In this document: piece after piece, positions 27,001-41,148 of the stretch
How positions within the stretch are numbered: the first letter of the stretch is position 1
How the letters are laid out: every line of letters begins with the position of its first letter
NCBI RefSeq assembly: GCF_947568905.1
Contig: NC_079167.1
Location: 15,748,001-15,812,000, forward strand
DNA from: Ostrea edulis
Lineage: Eukaryota
Reading direction: 5' to 3'
Length of the DNA stretch: 64,000 nucleotides
The notes under the pieces: model-generated
Seen by the model: the letters and a program-made list of their open reading frames with translations, nothing else
What the model was told of the DNA's origin: nothing
The model's database searches: none
Position numbers and translations under genes: made by a program

Positions 27001-28306
27001 TCTTGTTTTATTAATCATTTGCAATATATTGCATGTCTGTATAGTACATTTTGACTATTTTTATAAATATTGTAGATTGAGAAAAGAAAACATAATAAAT
27101 TAATGCTGTTCTGTACGTTTTTCTCCCAGCAGCTTGTTAAAAGATTTTTGACACACGCCTCTTGATCCTAGTTTTCAGTGATGTGTCTGAAAAGAATTAA
27201 AACTATATTAATAAATTGAAGAATATGTATATTTCTGTCAAAGACGCTTGGTATAAAAAAAATCTCACACTCACTGAAAATTATGTACCCACACTAAATA
27301 TAAACAAGGCCCACTACAAAGTTGATGTTTAGTGTAAGCACATGTATGTGATTTTCAGTATTTGTGATTTTTTTGTAACACCAAGCGCTTGTGCTCGAGT
27401 TGTCGGTCCTTATTCGCTCCATGTGGAGTGTAGTGTATTAAATGTAAGTGCGATAACTCTGGACAGATTGAACTAATCGAGTCATTAAACTGTGAAAGGA
27501 TTTACAGCAAGGTGCAAATAAACGGCAATCAAGTACTTTTATGGGACATAGCAAAAAGTTTAAGCAATTTTGGTAATAATATACTTGCAAACTTCACACA
27601 GTTTGTTGCTGCCATCATTTACCAATGGGGGACACATGCGCTCGTTTCTCGCCAAAATATTAAATTATATACCCCATTTTCGCACAAAACTAACCAGCAG
27701 CGATCTACATAACTTGACTAAATAATAACGTCACTATAGATTTTAATTCGTAGTAGGTTCATTTAGTTTCATAACTGCCAAATAATACAATCAATCCATA
27801 CAGTGTATTCGTTGGATTATTTTTTCCAAAACCTAAACTAAACAGATTTACCTGATTTCCTCCTTTCCCGCCTCCTTTTACCGGGTTCAAATGTTTCATA
27901 TATGTTTTCATCTGTAAAAAGTGTAATAATAACCTTTTAAACAAGAATTCTGCTCTAGTAGAAATTCTAACTGAAAATAATAAGTCGAGCTCAAGTATGA
28001 ACACGGTTAGCCTGTGTAGAGTGTTTTCACATAATAATAATATAATGTCCTTTATACAGGATAGCACAATTAGTTTAAAAATTTAGTTTACATTGTGGTC
28101 CTATAAACATATATACAGACAGCATTAGTATACAGATACAATATAAATTAGTATATGAAGGTATGTTACATACGTACGCAATATACATACTTAAAACCAT
28201 GTAAAAATGTGAAGACAGGAATGATAGTTCTATATTCAAAATAGTCCAACAGAGGAAAATTGGTGCATCATTTCGGTTGTAGGTGTATAAAAATTTCTAT
28301 TTAAAA

Positions 28307-28541
28307 TCACAATGTAAGGATTCCAGGAACCCGACTCTCTCTCTCTTCCTCTCTCTTAAGTTTTGGTATCTTACCTCCTACATTTTTCACGGCTTGTGTA
28401 ACCAGATCGCTTTCACTTCCAGTTTTCAACCAATTTTGGGAAGAACCAACTTTTTCAATGTCAATCTTGTCTAGCTGAAGTTCTGTTGCAGAACGAACTT
28501 TTTTCTTTAACTTTTTGCTTCTTTTCTTTGTAGAGCTGCCA
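28307..28541 (-). CDS. THEMIS-like tandem-CABIT protein, last coding exon
   Basis: Acceptor TTTACACAG|T is phase-compatible with the TC|GTAAGT donor at 29150. Encodes SGSSTKKRSKKLKKKVR...RESRVPGILTL*. Confidence 0.7.
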
Positions 28542-29149
28542 CTGTGTAAATACATTGAGGATATTCATTTATCCCAAAAAAAAACCTGAAAATTGTTTTG
28601 CAAATGCAAGTATGCTGTAAGGTCGACATAGCCTAAGATCACTGTAAAATCACTAATTTTTGGTTGTAAATTTTTATATAATGGTGAAAAGGATTGGACA
28701 ACAGGAGTACGTATGTCAGAGTGATGAAACTTAATTTCATGTCGTTCTTCCTTTTCGTTGTTTAATTCCTCAACGCATCGAACTTGAACTACTTGGTCCT
28801 TCCTCTAATGAAAACAAGTGCTTTTCGGCAGAAAAATTTGAGACAGTCCTCATACGAACTTGACAAAATTAATTTCCATGGAGGACAACTCTTCCATCCA
28901 ACTATCTCGCACTGCGAAAATATTGGCCATTGAAACAAAATGTTATCCCTAAACAAAAGATAGAGGGGTCCTAATCGGATCTTTGTGTGTGTACTCTAAT
29001 TGTGTCCGTAGACATTTCGAGAGAATAGTGGCAATTGAAAAGTGAAAATTTCAGTTAGATACGGTAGCTGATATTTAAAATAAACCCAGATTACAATGGA
29101 CTAGAAGCCTGTTGTCCCGTTGGAACAGGTCAAATTAAAAATTACTTAC

Positions 29150-31002
29150 GATTGTGCATCGTTATAATCTTTAATACTGCATTCAGAAAAGGCTTGTCGA
29201 AATGCATAGTCCTCATAAGCCCGGTCGTTATATTTCGTCAGATATCCGTATTCGCCCTCTGAAAGTTTTTCAACTTCTTCTTCTATCCACGTGTGTCTCC
29301 TTGGAAATAGGAAATAATTTGATGGAAATTGTAATCTATCTTCTAATCTTAAGGTGACGTCACTTCTCTGTGGAAGCAGAAGACAGAATTTTAATCGCGC
29401 GCTCAGTCCTGACTCCCGCCGAAGTTCTCGATGTGGCAGAGGGGAAATTACCACGACAGAATCGATTACCAAATTTTCTATCGTCATTTCCTGATCGGTT
29501 GGTAGTAAGCAGTTATTCATGTTGGACGTAGGGATAAAATCAACTGTTAATGGAAAATTAATGGACTTTGAAAACACTACATTAATGTCGAATCCAGACT
29601 CTTCGCCAAATTTTGGTAACTGAATGAATTCTGCTTCAAGGTCCATTGGTAGCTGCAGTTTCTGTTTTGTCTCATCGTCAAGAATTTTTTCACAGGAAAT
29701 TACTTGATATTTACAATACGATTTCTTTCCAAGTTTTATGTTCACTGTGGAGATTCCTAAATTTCTGAAGACAATCACATCCCCTCCTTTTAGAGAAAAA
29801 TGCACCGGTACATCGGATGCTATGTCCTCCAGCATTTTTATCGTCACTTCCTCCTCTGTGAAAGTCACGGATACAAGCTCAGAAAGAGACTGAAATCTCC
29901 TCAAAGACTTCCTAAATCTTCCTTTCACTCTATCACTAATACAAAATTTATCATCAGATATAGTGCACAATATTTTTTCAACTTTATCAACTCTGTGCAC
30001 AAGCACCTCCATGTTTTCTGACAAATATTCTTTGAACCTATCGTGGAGCTGGGCACAATTGCCAACTCTAGCTATCAAAGGAAAGTCTGGCTCGAATTCT
30101 TCAACGAATTCATTCAACCCTAATTCAGGTTTAATAGGTTCTTCATATTCTACACTTCGGTCCTCAATAGGAATCGCGAAATGCAGGTCTGAATCTAACG
30201 CAATTTTCCACCTCACTTCGGTATCATCCGCAGGAGAGGCAAGAAGAAATAGTTCAGGGCGCTGCATGTGAATGGTCCCTTTGAATGTAAGAGGTAGACC
30301 GGTTATCCGGGAGAGGGCAGCATCTTTGCTCTGAACATTGTCGTAAACTGGCAAATGACTTGTGACGTCGTTTTCAATGTTACGACTATCACGGACGATG
30401 GCAAATTTTTTATTTTCATTAGAAAGTCTAAGAGTTCTTTCTACTTCACCTAACGAGATGATTTCCTGAAGAGTGTACGATGACGGGTCGTGCACAACTG
30501 TAAAGTCTCCTTGAGATGTCACTGGCAGCAGATGACTTGTTCCCGCTGAATCTCGACATTCTATACAAAGACACCTGTCAAACACAGAACGTGATTTTCG
30601 AACAAAGTTCAATACACTCCCACTCTGCAAACACCTTCCATCTTTGGTAATGACTTCCGTATTCGCTTTGAATCGCGTTGGACAGTCTTTCAATAAATCT
30701 GCTACTGTTGGATAAACTTTGGGTGAGACCGAGTTGTAGTCCTGTACGACATGGAATTTAACATTGTTGTCGACAGGCACTCTCACTTCTCGCCTCGAAC
30801 CTGCGTCCGCATCGTAGAATCTGAAACCCACACTTTCCACTGCTAGCGTCCTTAACATCAGCGACTCTCCTTTAGAGAAAGGGGCAGCATTTAATCCCTG
30901 CCCACCTACCACCTCGCTGATTTTGGGGAGTTTGAACATCTCCACGAATTCCCGTAACAAAACGACCTCCGACGACATCATTAATTCATCGGAGGCCGCC
31001 AT
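29150..31002 (-). CDS. THEMIS-like protein with two CABIT domains, large exon (695 aa with the last exon)
   Basis: Two internally similar halves (LLREFVEMFKLPKISEVV / LGLNEFVEEFEPDFPLIARV; YPTVADL / FQSLSEL; LPVTSQGDF / LPMDLEAEF; KIALDSDLHF / LLLPQRSDVTL) fit CABIT repeats. Start context AAAATGGCG at 31002; the ORF's stop codon overlaps a perfect GTAAGT donor. Confidence 0.75.
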
Positions 31003-31899
31003 TTTTGTTTTTACTCTTACAACATACCTGGGGCGATAAACGTACACCTGGAATGTGTAACACTGCTGCACTGTGTCGTCATTTGAGCTCGGGTCAACAA
31101 TTTGTCCTACCGATTTTTTGTTTCAGATGAAGGAGATTAAAAATCAATTGTAAATGCTTTAGAAGAGATATAGCATGCAATATCTGGTCTGTAGATGATA
31201 ATATCGTCACATAATGTACGTGTTGTCAAAATGCAGTACGTCAACATACCATTTCCAGTCTATTAATACTTCCTGGATATGTTTATTTTTTTTAAGAGAA
31301 GAAATCGATTGAATTGATTTTGACTGTTAGTCAATCTGACTAAAGTACAGACCTATATTATTATATATAGGTCTGTACTTTAGTCAGATTGACTGTTAGT
31401 TGTTTTTGAATTGATAACCCATACCACGCCTTAATTTAATATACATCTGTAATAAATCATACTTTGAAAGTAAATATCGTGTTATCTGGTAAAGTCTTTC
31501 ATTGACTTCGATAAAACCAAATAATAAATCTGAGTTTTCGGAACCCGTGTGCACATACCTCCGTCCTGTCACGTGTCTAAAAATATAGTTCATTTGAAGA
31601 TATTTTATTGCCTAGATATTATAATAAAAGGATTGAGCACAAGTTCTTAAAACTTAGAACGCTCTCTCCTATATGACAATTGATCACATAAGAAAATCTT
31701 CAAGAAATAAAACACAAAGGTATCAAAGGTCAAAAGATGATTTGCTTTCATAAAGTAATCATATAATAAATTATATCTGTAGATCTATATGTATGTACAA
31801 TTAATTAATATATACATGTACAATTGGTTAATATATGCCTATAGTACGTGCAAAGTAATCGTTATGAAAATTCCATCAACTCAAAAACGACCAGATCCC

Positions 31900-33575
31900 T
31901 TTATAAGTAACTGAAGGTACTGATTGCCTTATCTCCCCATAATAAAACATGCGTGTCTACTATATGCAAATTATCCATTCTAAAAATAGCATTAAATAGG
32001 CCATTTCTTAGAGTGGTGTATTTTGCACATGAGAAAAAGAAATGGTAAGCATATTCTACTTTACCACAAGTACACAAAGAACTTTCAATGATGTTGCATC
32101 TAAATAAACCTATATTCAATACACAGTTGCTTCTTAGTCTCGTATGGATTACGTTCCAATAGCGTTCTCCGAAAGAAAAAAAAAAGATGGAAGGTGCGAT
32201 TTTTGGAGGCGTAGATGATTTTTAAACGAGCTTAGTGTCGTAGATTGCCTTATTCCTAGGGGCAAGGAATTCCATTCATGTACACCTCTTGCTACAAAGG
32301 ATGATTTATTGAAGTTTATAATCTGCATTTAGGAATGTCATAATTTTGCGGTTGACTGGTAACGTAATTTGATTCATGTGAACGAATATTTGGTAAAATT
32401 TCTTATAGATACTCGAGTACCATATTGTGATAAATTTTGTGCATTTGTCAATCTTCTAACAATAAGTGGACCCCGCCCAGTCTCGTAGAGATTCCCGTGG
32501 TGCCAATGATGTTAGTCCAGTAACTAATCTGGCTGCTGCTAACTGTAGTTTTTCCAAGTTTTTCAGAATCTTGATTTGAACACCCACCCCATACTTCAGA
32601 GGCATATTCTAGAGGAGGTCTAATGAAAGTAGTGTATAAAATAGCTGAAGTTTTCGAACTGACCTTGAACTGTAATTTTTTAAAGTAGTTTTTTTTTTAA
32701 TAAGCATTGGTTAACAGCGAATCACTGTAAGCTGACCATGTGAGATCATGTGAAAAGGTTATATCTAGGTGTTTGTATGTTGACACAAAATTTAAATTAC
32801 AATTTTGAAAATGTAGGCAAGGGGAATGTGTATTTTTCTTTGTACTAAAGAAGACGGCTTAAGTTTTTGAAGGATTAACAACCATTGTTTAGACCATCGT
32901 TCAAGCTGTTAAGTAAATCATTATTCAGCACGCATTGGATATCATAGATATTGGTAAAACAATGCTGCAAAGAATTATCATCAGCGTAAAGCCTGCATAA
33001 ACTTGACATGTTTTCAGCAACATCATTGACATATATCAAACATAAAAGAGGACCTAACACGGACCTTTGAGGGACTCCAACATGTAAAGGTTTGAAATTA
33101 GACATTACATTTCTATGCAATACCCTTTGAGTTCTGAAATTTAAATAGCTTTGAAACCATTGTAATAAGTTTCCACTCACTCCATAAGTTTGCAGCTTAA
33201 AAAGAAGTCCCTTATGACATACACGATCAAAGGCCTTTGTCAAATCACAAAACACCATACAGCAACATTTGCCCTCATCTATGGATTTTGCTATATGATC
33301 ATATGTTTCAATAAGCTGATAGGCAGTTGTATGACCAGGTAAAAAACCAGTTTGGTATTTGTAAAAAAGATCATTTGAGTGAAAATAATTGTAAACATAT
33401 TTAAAAATAACACTTTCCATAATTTTACCAACATAACTCAATAATGACAAAGGTCTATAATTTGACAATACTGATGGGTTACCTTTTCTAAAGAAAGGAA
33501 GTACGTTAGCTACCTTCCATTGTTTAGGAAATGCACATTCTTTTAAAGACCGATTAAACAGAAAACACAAAGGGT
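31900..33575 (-). mobile_element. CR1/L2-clade LINE, truncated and degraded
   Basis: RT motifs NYRPLSLLS, FCDLTKAFDRV, GVPQRSVLGPLL and YADD in 32875-33570; C-terminal CTCGKVEYAYHFFFSC zinc-knuckle-like motif in 31901-32119. Confidence 0.9.
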
Positions 33576-34025
33576 TGAGACGCTAAAGATTGTAGCCTTT
33601 AACATTTTATGGTTTATTTTATCTGGCCCTACATCCTTGTTGACATGGAGAATAGAAATTATGTCAATAAAAATAGTTAGCTCTAGATACTGATAAATTG
33701 ATAATGATTACTATATTTTCTTCACACAAAGGACCTTATGCATCTATAAATTAAAACATAATAGATTGCAAGAAGCGTTTTGATCGAGGGTATTCTTCAA
33801 AGTTTAGGCTCCCAATTACTACCAATTATCAATTTCCACCAATCATCAAATTACATATATGTACCCTTACATGAAACCTGTGTGAAACAAGATTTGTTAT
33901 TAGTAACCTTTTCGTTTTTTTTTTTTTTATATATTAGTATCTGGGTACAAACACTCCCACTTGGATTATCAAAGGAATTCGCCTTTCACATGGGTTGGTA
34001 TGGACAAGTAGAGTTATTGTTTCTA

Positions 34026-36160
34026 TGAGAGGTGAAGATAACGAACAGTGATCAATCTAATAACTCCTATAAGGAATACAGAATAAAACGTTGGACAAAC
34101 ACAGTCCCCTGCATATACCAGAGGTGGGATCAGGTGCCTAGGAGGAGTAATCATCCCCTGTCGACCGGTCGCACCCGCCGTGAGCCCTATAGCTTGATTA
34201 CGTAAACGGAGTAACCCATAGTCAAAATCAGTGTGCCAAGTACGGCCTAACAATTGGTATGAAACACGTCAGACAGCATTTAACCCTATGATAGGTTGTA
34301 TTGGCAAATCAGATCGTTATAACGAGCATAGAATTTGCGAAAGACTGGCTTTAAATGATACTGTTGAGACCCTTGTAACATCAACTTGTTTGTCAGTAGG
34401 CTGCTTCGATTAAAAAACTTATCATGTACAGAACAAGCTCTTACGTATCGAATCAATTGAGAGATATGCAGGTGATAATGGGATATTGCTACATAGATAT
34501 GGAAGCTGACAATAGAGAAGCTGAAATCATTCCGTTTTTCATAAAGTTGAGTTGTTAGTTTGCCGTTAATATTTATTTTCAATGAAATATCTAAGTACGA
34601 AGCAGATGTGGAGGACTCTGTGGTGTCTTATTTCAAGTTGAATTGAAGGCCACAGCAAGAGATTTTTTCTTCCCATGTAGAAGCTTTTGAGTAAACTCTG
34701 CTTCATAACAATATAAAAACAGGTCAGCTAACAAAGGAGCATCATTCATGCCCATGGGAATTCCAACAGACTGTTGGAAGACCTGATCACCAAAGACTAC
34801 GAAGATATTGTCAATGAGGAAATCCAGCATATTTCTTATCTCAACTTCATAGTACTTGTGCGTGGAACCAGAGTGGTGTTTAGCAAATAATTTTTATTTT
34901 TTGGATGACTGATCAATAATATGAACATTTCTTTTTTCCATTTTTGTTGAAGAAGTAACTGTCTATGATGACAAAAAGTCTTCTTTTTAATTTGTCGTGA
35001 GGGATGGTTGTGTAAAGTGTCGAAAAAGTGATACGTTTTGATGTTGTTGATTTCAGAAAAGTTTTGCGATTTCACATTTCTTTAGAATTTTTTAGAATCC
35101 ACATTTGATTGACACCTCTTCTGGCATATGTAGTCGCACAATACGTTTGAAGTTTCTCCTTCACAGCTGTTAATATTTTCCTGAAGAGCAAAGATAGGGA
35201 CTTGGTAGAACATTTACTCGATCCAGCAATGAACATGTATCTTCCTTTGTAAGGGTTTTTGTGAAGTTTAGGAATTCAGTATAGGTACGGTAACTCATAT
35301 TCATCCATCCCATTGACTGGGATATTAAAAGTGTCTAAAACTACTGAAACATGCTTTTGAAGAATTTCATCTTTTGAAAGGGCAATTGGAGTATCAGTAC
35401 GATTACCAAAAGTGGAATTAATGCCTAGTTCGTTTAAAATACAGTTGTGATACTGAGCCTTACAAAGACAATTTGGTTACAAGTTTTGTCAGCTGGAACC
35501 AAAACATATTCCTCATGTAACCTATCTAATTCTTTGATCACTTCTGGTGTACTAAACACAGAAGGATAGATGGTACGTACTTTTGTTTTGATGTGTCTAG
35601 TGCGGGATTTTAATATTTCTCCTATACTTTTAATCCATTCTGACAGTGTATCAAGTTCTTTTTCTTATCTAACTCATCGTCTGGCATAATCTTCGACAGA
35701 ATCCATAATAGAAATGAAATTCTGTCGCCATTTAAAAGACCAATGTTCTTTGAATTTAGGACCTTTTAAAATAAGTAATTTCATGTCCTCATTTTCAACT
35801 ACACCGTATATCAACAGCACAAATAATAACATGCCCGCTGTACTATAGTTGAAAGAAGACGAAGAACAAAAACACGTGGATTAAATATAAGAAGGTCTAT
35901 ATCTGGGCACTGCAAAGTTTGTTTGTAATTAAAAAATTTGGATGCAATAGTAGAAGTAAATTTGTAGGAAATACAGGGTGTAGACTTGAACTTGAAATAT
36001 GTTGGAATACAAGACTGACCTTTTTATAACGAAGGATGTTGGTTGATGGCATCTATTCATTTGTTAGCAAGTTTGAGTTTAAGGAAATAACTGTTCCTGA
36101 CCTGAACGCACAGCTATGCCGTTTTGTTGTTGTTTTCATTCTTGCCTATATGTATTCCTA
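34026..36160 (-). mobile_element. Penelope-like (Naiad-type) retroelement, 5'-truncated and degraded
   Basis: FLIDNIFVVFGDQVFQQSVGIPMG..APLLADLFLY.YEAEF, KTYHF.TL and the KGPKF upstream region, with the shared 3' segment at the left end. Homologous along its length to 43210-45452. Confidence 0.85.
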
Positions 36161-36954
36161 CGTGCCATTTCAGAAACGTTAATTCAAGCTTTTTGATGGG
36201 CGAAACTATTTGTTTTTCTATCTTAAAAACATAATTAAATGATAAGAAATAAATTTATAATTCTTTGTTTGATGCATGTATCAAACGAAACATTGGACGG
36301 AAAACTAAACAAAGAATTATAAGTTTCATTTCTTAAATCCCGTTAGCCTAACTGGAAGAGTTTGGTTTGTGAGCAAACGAACTCTGGCGGAAGTTTGACG
36401 TTTGACGCTATGTTTTTTCGTCATTCTACAGTGACGTCACACAGTATAGGCCTAAGAAATCGTTATCCCATTAGGTTTGTGAGCAAACGAACTCTGGTGG
36501 AAGTTTGATCGCGCGGTATGCTAATAAGACGGTCACGTGGTCAGCACTCGGCTTCTTTCAGAAAGACAGAGTTTAAAAAAGACAGACTGTCTTTTGAAAA
36601 TATTTTCATTTATATCTTTAAAACCATAGTTTTTTAAATACATGTTTAATAGAGTTTTTTTTGGGTTTTTTTTATTCATAGAATACCATAGTAATAATAT
36701 TTTTATAAAGAATTAGTATGAAAATTGGAGCATATGCATCTTTAAACAATTTACAATCAATCAATCAATCAAAATACGAGAAATCGAATGTCATATTTTA
36801 AGGACCATTACTACTCTAAGTTATGGGGATAATATTTTAGTATACAGATATGTGTTAAAAACAAAATTCAACACAATATTTGACACAATGAGAAAAGTTC
36901 AGCTTGAGTTTATCAGTAGTGTTTCAGTAGGAAACTAGATAGTAAGTTTCATAT

Positions 36955-38555
36955 TAAGTAAGTAAGTAAATGATTTATTATAGTGACATGTGTTTTATAC
37001 ATTACATAATTGAAAAATACATTAAACAGAATAATAGGAATTTAAACACCCGGCCCATCGGGCCTATATGTCACTTTTAACAGAAAAAAAAATTAAATAA
37101 TAAATACAGTGGTACATGTATTACGCATTACTTTTACTATTATGATATATGATAGACTGTCTATAAGTGTATGTGGAGAACAGAAATTTTGCAGTTTGTC
37201 TTGGAAAATTTAATAATAGAAATTTTGTTTTGTCTAAATCTGACATATTGATCATAGTGGGGTTAAATCCGATACTGGTAAGAAAGATTACTCTAAGATT
37301 TGAATAAGAGGAACAATGAAGTAAAAAGTGACATTCATCTTCTACACTATCTGAAGAACATAAAGTACACAGCCTATCCGATAACGCCTCCCCCTTATAC
37401 CGTCCTGTTTCAATTCTTATAGGTAAGACACCACATCTGAACTGGGCAAGTATGGAACGATGACTTTTTGGAATATCCATGATTACATATTTTTCTGTTT
37501 GAAAATCACTAATATTTTTTACGGTTCGGTAGGTTCTAAGTTTTGGAACGTTTTGGACCTCTTCATTCCAGCCATTCATAAAATCCCGACGAAGTTTTTC
37601 TTCCACAGTGTTTAAGTTACAGACCATACGATTTAGGAAATATACTGTCATATCAAGAGATTCAAAAAGGAATTTGACCAATTTATGTTGTGTGATTGTT
37701 CCATATTCCACATGCCATTTTTTTTCCGTAAGCCTGTCGTCCGGCATTGTAACGAGTCGATTCCATAGGCGTAAAATATTCATTTGATGTCGATAAAATG
37801 AAGGAAGTCAACCACATTCTCCTTGAATAGCTAAAATTGGAGTAAAACGATGTACACCAAGAAAGTACTGCAATGCATGATGCTGTACAGATTCAATACT
37901 ATGATATTTGCAATACTCCCATACACCACTGCAGTAATCCAAAATAGGTGCGACTCCGCTAAGGTACATTTTCTCGTATGTTCTGAATCCTACTGATTTA
38001 TTCGTATGTAATTTGGATATAACAGCTCCTAGGGCTCGTCCCCCCGATTTCGCAAGATTTTCGCTGTTGTTCTTGAATGTGGAAAATTCATCAAACAATA
38101 CACCGAGATACTTATAAGATGATGCATAATCAAGAAGATCTTCTCCTATGTTGAATATATGGTCACTTCGTTTTCGCTGGTTTTTTCTTTCGAAAATGTA
38201 GTACTTTACATTTAGTAGAGTTGATATACAGCCTCCATTTCTTACACCAGCTAGAAACAACATCGAGGATTGCATCCATGTCGGCCTCATTCTGTGCAAT
38301 TAATGCTATGTCGTCTGCGTAAAGGTGGACATTTAGTTTGAAGTCATTGATTTGGATTCCATTGTTTAGGTCTTTTAATTGTACAGCAAGATCGTTGATA
38401 AACAAGGCGAACAATGTTGGAGAGAGATTATCTCCCTGTCTAACTCCCGATGTACAGCCAAACCAGTCGGTATAGTTACCTAAGCGAACACAGGACTCAG
38501 TATTTCGATACAAAGATTTCACCGCTTGGTAGAAATGTCCATCCACTCCATTCTT
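36955..38555 (-). mobile_element. L2/CR1-group LINE, 5'-truncated, with intact 3' end
   Basis: GVRQGDNLSPTLF, LYADD and YKYLG motifs; C-terminal RCGVLPIRIETGRY..CTLC..EDECHFLLHC. The 3' UTR has a GGCCCGATGGGCC hairpin, AATAAA and a (CTTA)n tail. Confidence 0.9.
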
Positions 38556-39202
38556 AAAGTGCTGAAATCTGACAGACGGACATACAGACGAAGAGGACCT
38601 ACAGACTCCTCAGGTAGGAGAATAATAGCGAGCGCAGCGAGCCAGTGCGGAGCGCTGGCTCGTACTGCGAGCTCTAATGACTAGAGCGCGGGAAATAATC
38701 CGAGCTAAATCTCAACCTCTAACAAGAATTTTTTTTTTTTACGCCAATCCCAGAAGTCCCTCGTACAAAATGGCGGATGGTTCGATTCGTAAAATAATAA
38801 TAAATAAAATCTTTGAAGTATTACAAACCTTTCTTATTTGAAAGGAAAGGATGAAAATCATATTCTTCCCCCTTTCTTTTTCTTTTTGAAATATTGTCTT
38901 AAGAAATGTAAACAGTCACGTCACAACTACCAGGCTACGTCACAACACGCTCGTTGCATTTCCCGCTAAACTGGTTCCTACATTGGCGAGAAGAGCAAGA
39001 CAGTAATCCTACGTATTGACAGTGAACCAGATCAGTTTTCCTTGTTTTCAATATAATTTTTTTTAAATGTATTCAGATATGCTGCGCTCGCCCCAACGGT
39101 CACACCGTAATCATATTAATTAAGTCAATGGCTATTGAGCAACGTATTATATCCTCTAATTGTCACTAAAGTAACCTGCTGGCCGAATACTTCTTAATAC
39201 CA

Positions 39203-39558
39203 TTACACTGCATATGACTGTGAGGTGTGTTTCCTACAAGTACACCGTCGCAATGCATAGATCCCGTAAATTAGAAAATGGCAGAGAGGCATGGCAACGA
39301 AAATGACGGCCACACAATACGCTAGAGTCAAACCCGGGCTATTCCAGTCTAGCACCGGGTAAATGTAGGCTTTATCTTGGTGATTAGTTCCTCCAGCCGC
39401 ATAGTATATGACAGTGAAAACCGCATACACTACTCCGAAAATAACTCCGTGGAAAAAATGATAGATCCGGATAGGAACGGATGAGACGATGACATTGACG
39501 ATGACATATACAGCGTTGATACCATGTGTTATAACGTCTACTACGGTCACAGATCCTC
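39203..39558 (-). CDS. rost: Rolling stone-like multi-pass membrane protein, exon 4
   Basis: HGINAVYVIVNVIVSSVPIRIYHF..YAVFTVIYYAAGGTN..YIYPVLDWNSP is the rost/FAR-17a-AIG1-like signature. Acceptor TTGTTGCAG|GA, phase 1. Confidence 0.85.
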
Positions 39559-40685
39559 CTGCAACAAGCAAATGTATTGTTATTGTTTCATTGAAAGACT
39601 CTTGGAAACAACTTTACATCAAGGTACTCACTTATAAATTATTTCACCATAGGGCGTGTTACACCAACTTCTCTTACACCTCTGTCAACGTTAACAATTT
39701 CTTCAACAAATTCCAGTTTTGTTTTTCGACATAAATATGATAGAAACAATTCATTGTTGTTTAGATTAGATCACGTGCATTCCTCTTATTGTTTCCATAA
39801 ACTTCGGACTATATCGTAATTCATGAATGAATATTCATCATATTCCATTTGAAAATAGACAAACCCACATGTTCAGAAATTCATAGTTGTATTTTACACG
39901 GGAAGGAAAATTTGCCTTTAGAATGCCGGAAGAGTTGGACAAACTAAAGCACAACTCCCGTCATCATAGTGATATACGTCATGTATCCACTAATCGTAAT
40001 TAAGACAGACCATATTACGCAAGCATATTAGTTGAATTTATCATATCGTTCTTAGAATTTGACTGGCATTAGTGTCTTTACAACCGTTAGGCCCTATATA
40101 CTTTTGCACACAAAAAATTATTTGTTTTCATTTGCATGCTTGCCACATTGCTGGGTTGTACTGGTTTGTTTTTTTTATCCATCATTTCTACTGATTATAC
40201 CATGTGATTCAATTGACACGTGATGCAGGAATTATTTTCCAAGCAAGTGAAACTTGCATAGCACGCCCTCTGGTGAGAGAAGAGTTTCCACTGAATACAT
40301 TAGCGACTCTCTTGTTGTATATCAATAATGCACGGAAAGCAATTTACAATAAATAGGACTTCATAAATAAGGGGGAAATTGAAAATACACCTTCAGCTGA
40401 TCTTTCTGTTTTGAATTAATTTTGACGCTGTTAGTCTTTTCACTAATTATTAGATCCATAGTATACAGAAGCTCTGTCTATTATTATACATGTACTTTTC
40501 TAAATTGAACTACGTTTCTTGAACACCGACATATCACATTTACCAAAATGAGAAATAGAGTAAGCCCATCTGTGTTGAAACATAATGCTGGTACAATGTA
40601 TGTACTGTAAATAATTAATTACGCAATAGATATGTCTAAAACATATGAATTAAGGAATATTTTTTAAATCTCCCTGCAGTCTCAC

Positions 40686-40796
40686 CAGTATAGACCAGTC
40701 CCCAGTACGCCAGAGTTACCACTAGAGCAGCGGAGTTCGCCGCGTTAAAGATAACCCAATTAGCCTTGAGATACCACGTCATTTCATTAGTAATAT
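40686..40796 (-). CDS. rost: Rolling stone-like protein, exon 3
   Basis: TTTGTTTCCAG| DITNEMTWYLKANWVIFNAANSAALVVTLAYWGLVYT G|GTGAGA; phases 1/1 fit both neighbours. Confidence 0.85.
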
Positions 40797-40910
40797 CTGG
40801 AAACAAAAGAATAGCATCTAATTACAGTAAATCACGGTGTTGAAGAAACATTATTCATAGGCATAGTTTAATTTCATATAAAAACAAGTTTATGAAAAAA
40901 TTTTTTTTAC

Positions 40911-41148
40911 CATTTTTAATGTCCACCCGACAGAAGTTGATGAAGATGACACACGCTGCGTCGACAAGGGTCGAGACTGTTAGGACAAAAAAACACCATT
41001 CTGTGAGAAAGATGAACCATTTGACCTGTTGTTCCGGGTCATCGCCTGCCCACTGCCAACTGTACACACCGGTCAAAATAATCCAGATCAAGTGGTAGAG
41101 TGCCCAAAACACGCGCCATACTAAGTAAGGCAGTGTTGTCCCACAGTG
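40911..41148 (-). CDS. rost: Rolling stone-like protein, exon 2
   Basis: TTCTACGATTTAG| HCGTTLPYLVWRVFWALYHL..KWFIFLTEWCF..IKN G|GTAAAA. Confidence 0.85.

Noticed and set aside
29146-29148. TAA at 29146-29148 as the true stop of the CABIT gene
   Set aside because: It overlaps a consensus GTAAGT donor, and a phase-compatible open exon lies 608 bp downstream; an unspliced short isoform is not excluded.
29800-30271. Two plus-strand ORFs (73 and 102 aa)
   Set aside because: Antisense shadows of the CABIT exon.
31003-31071. N-terminal extension MQQCYTFQVY... in the ORF track
   Set aside because: It starts at a non-ATG codon; the ATG at 31002 has the strong AAAATGGCG context and sits at the start of the domain.
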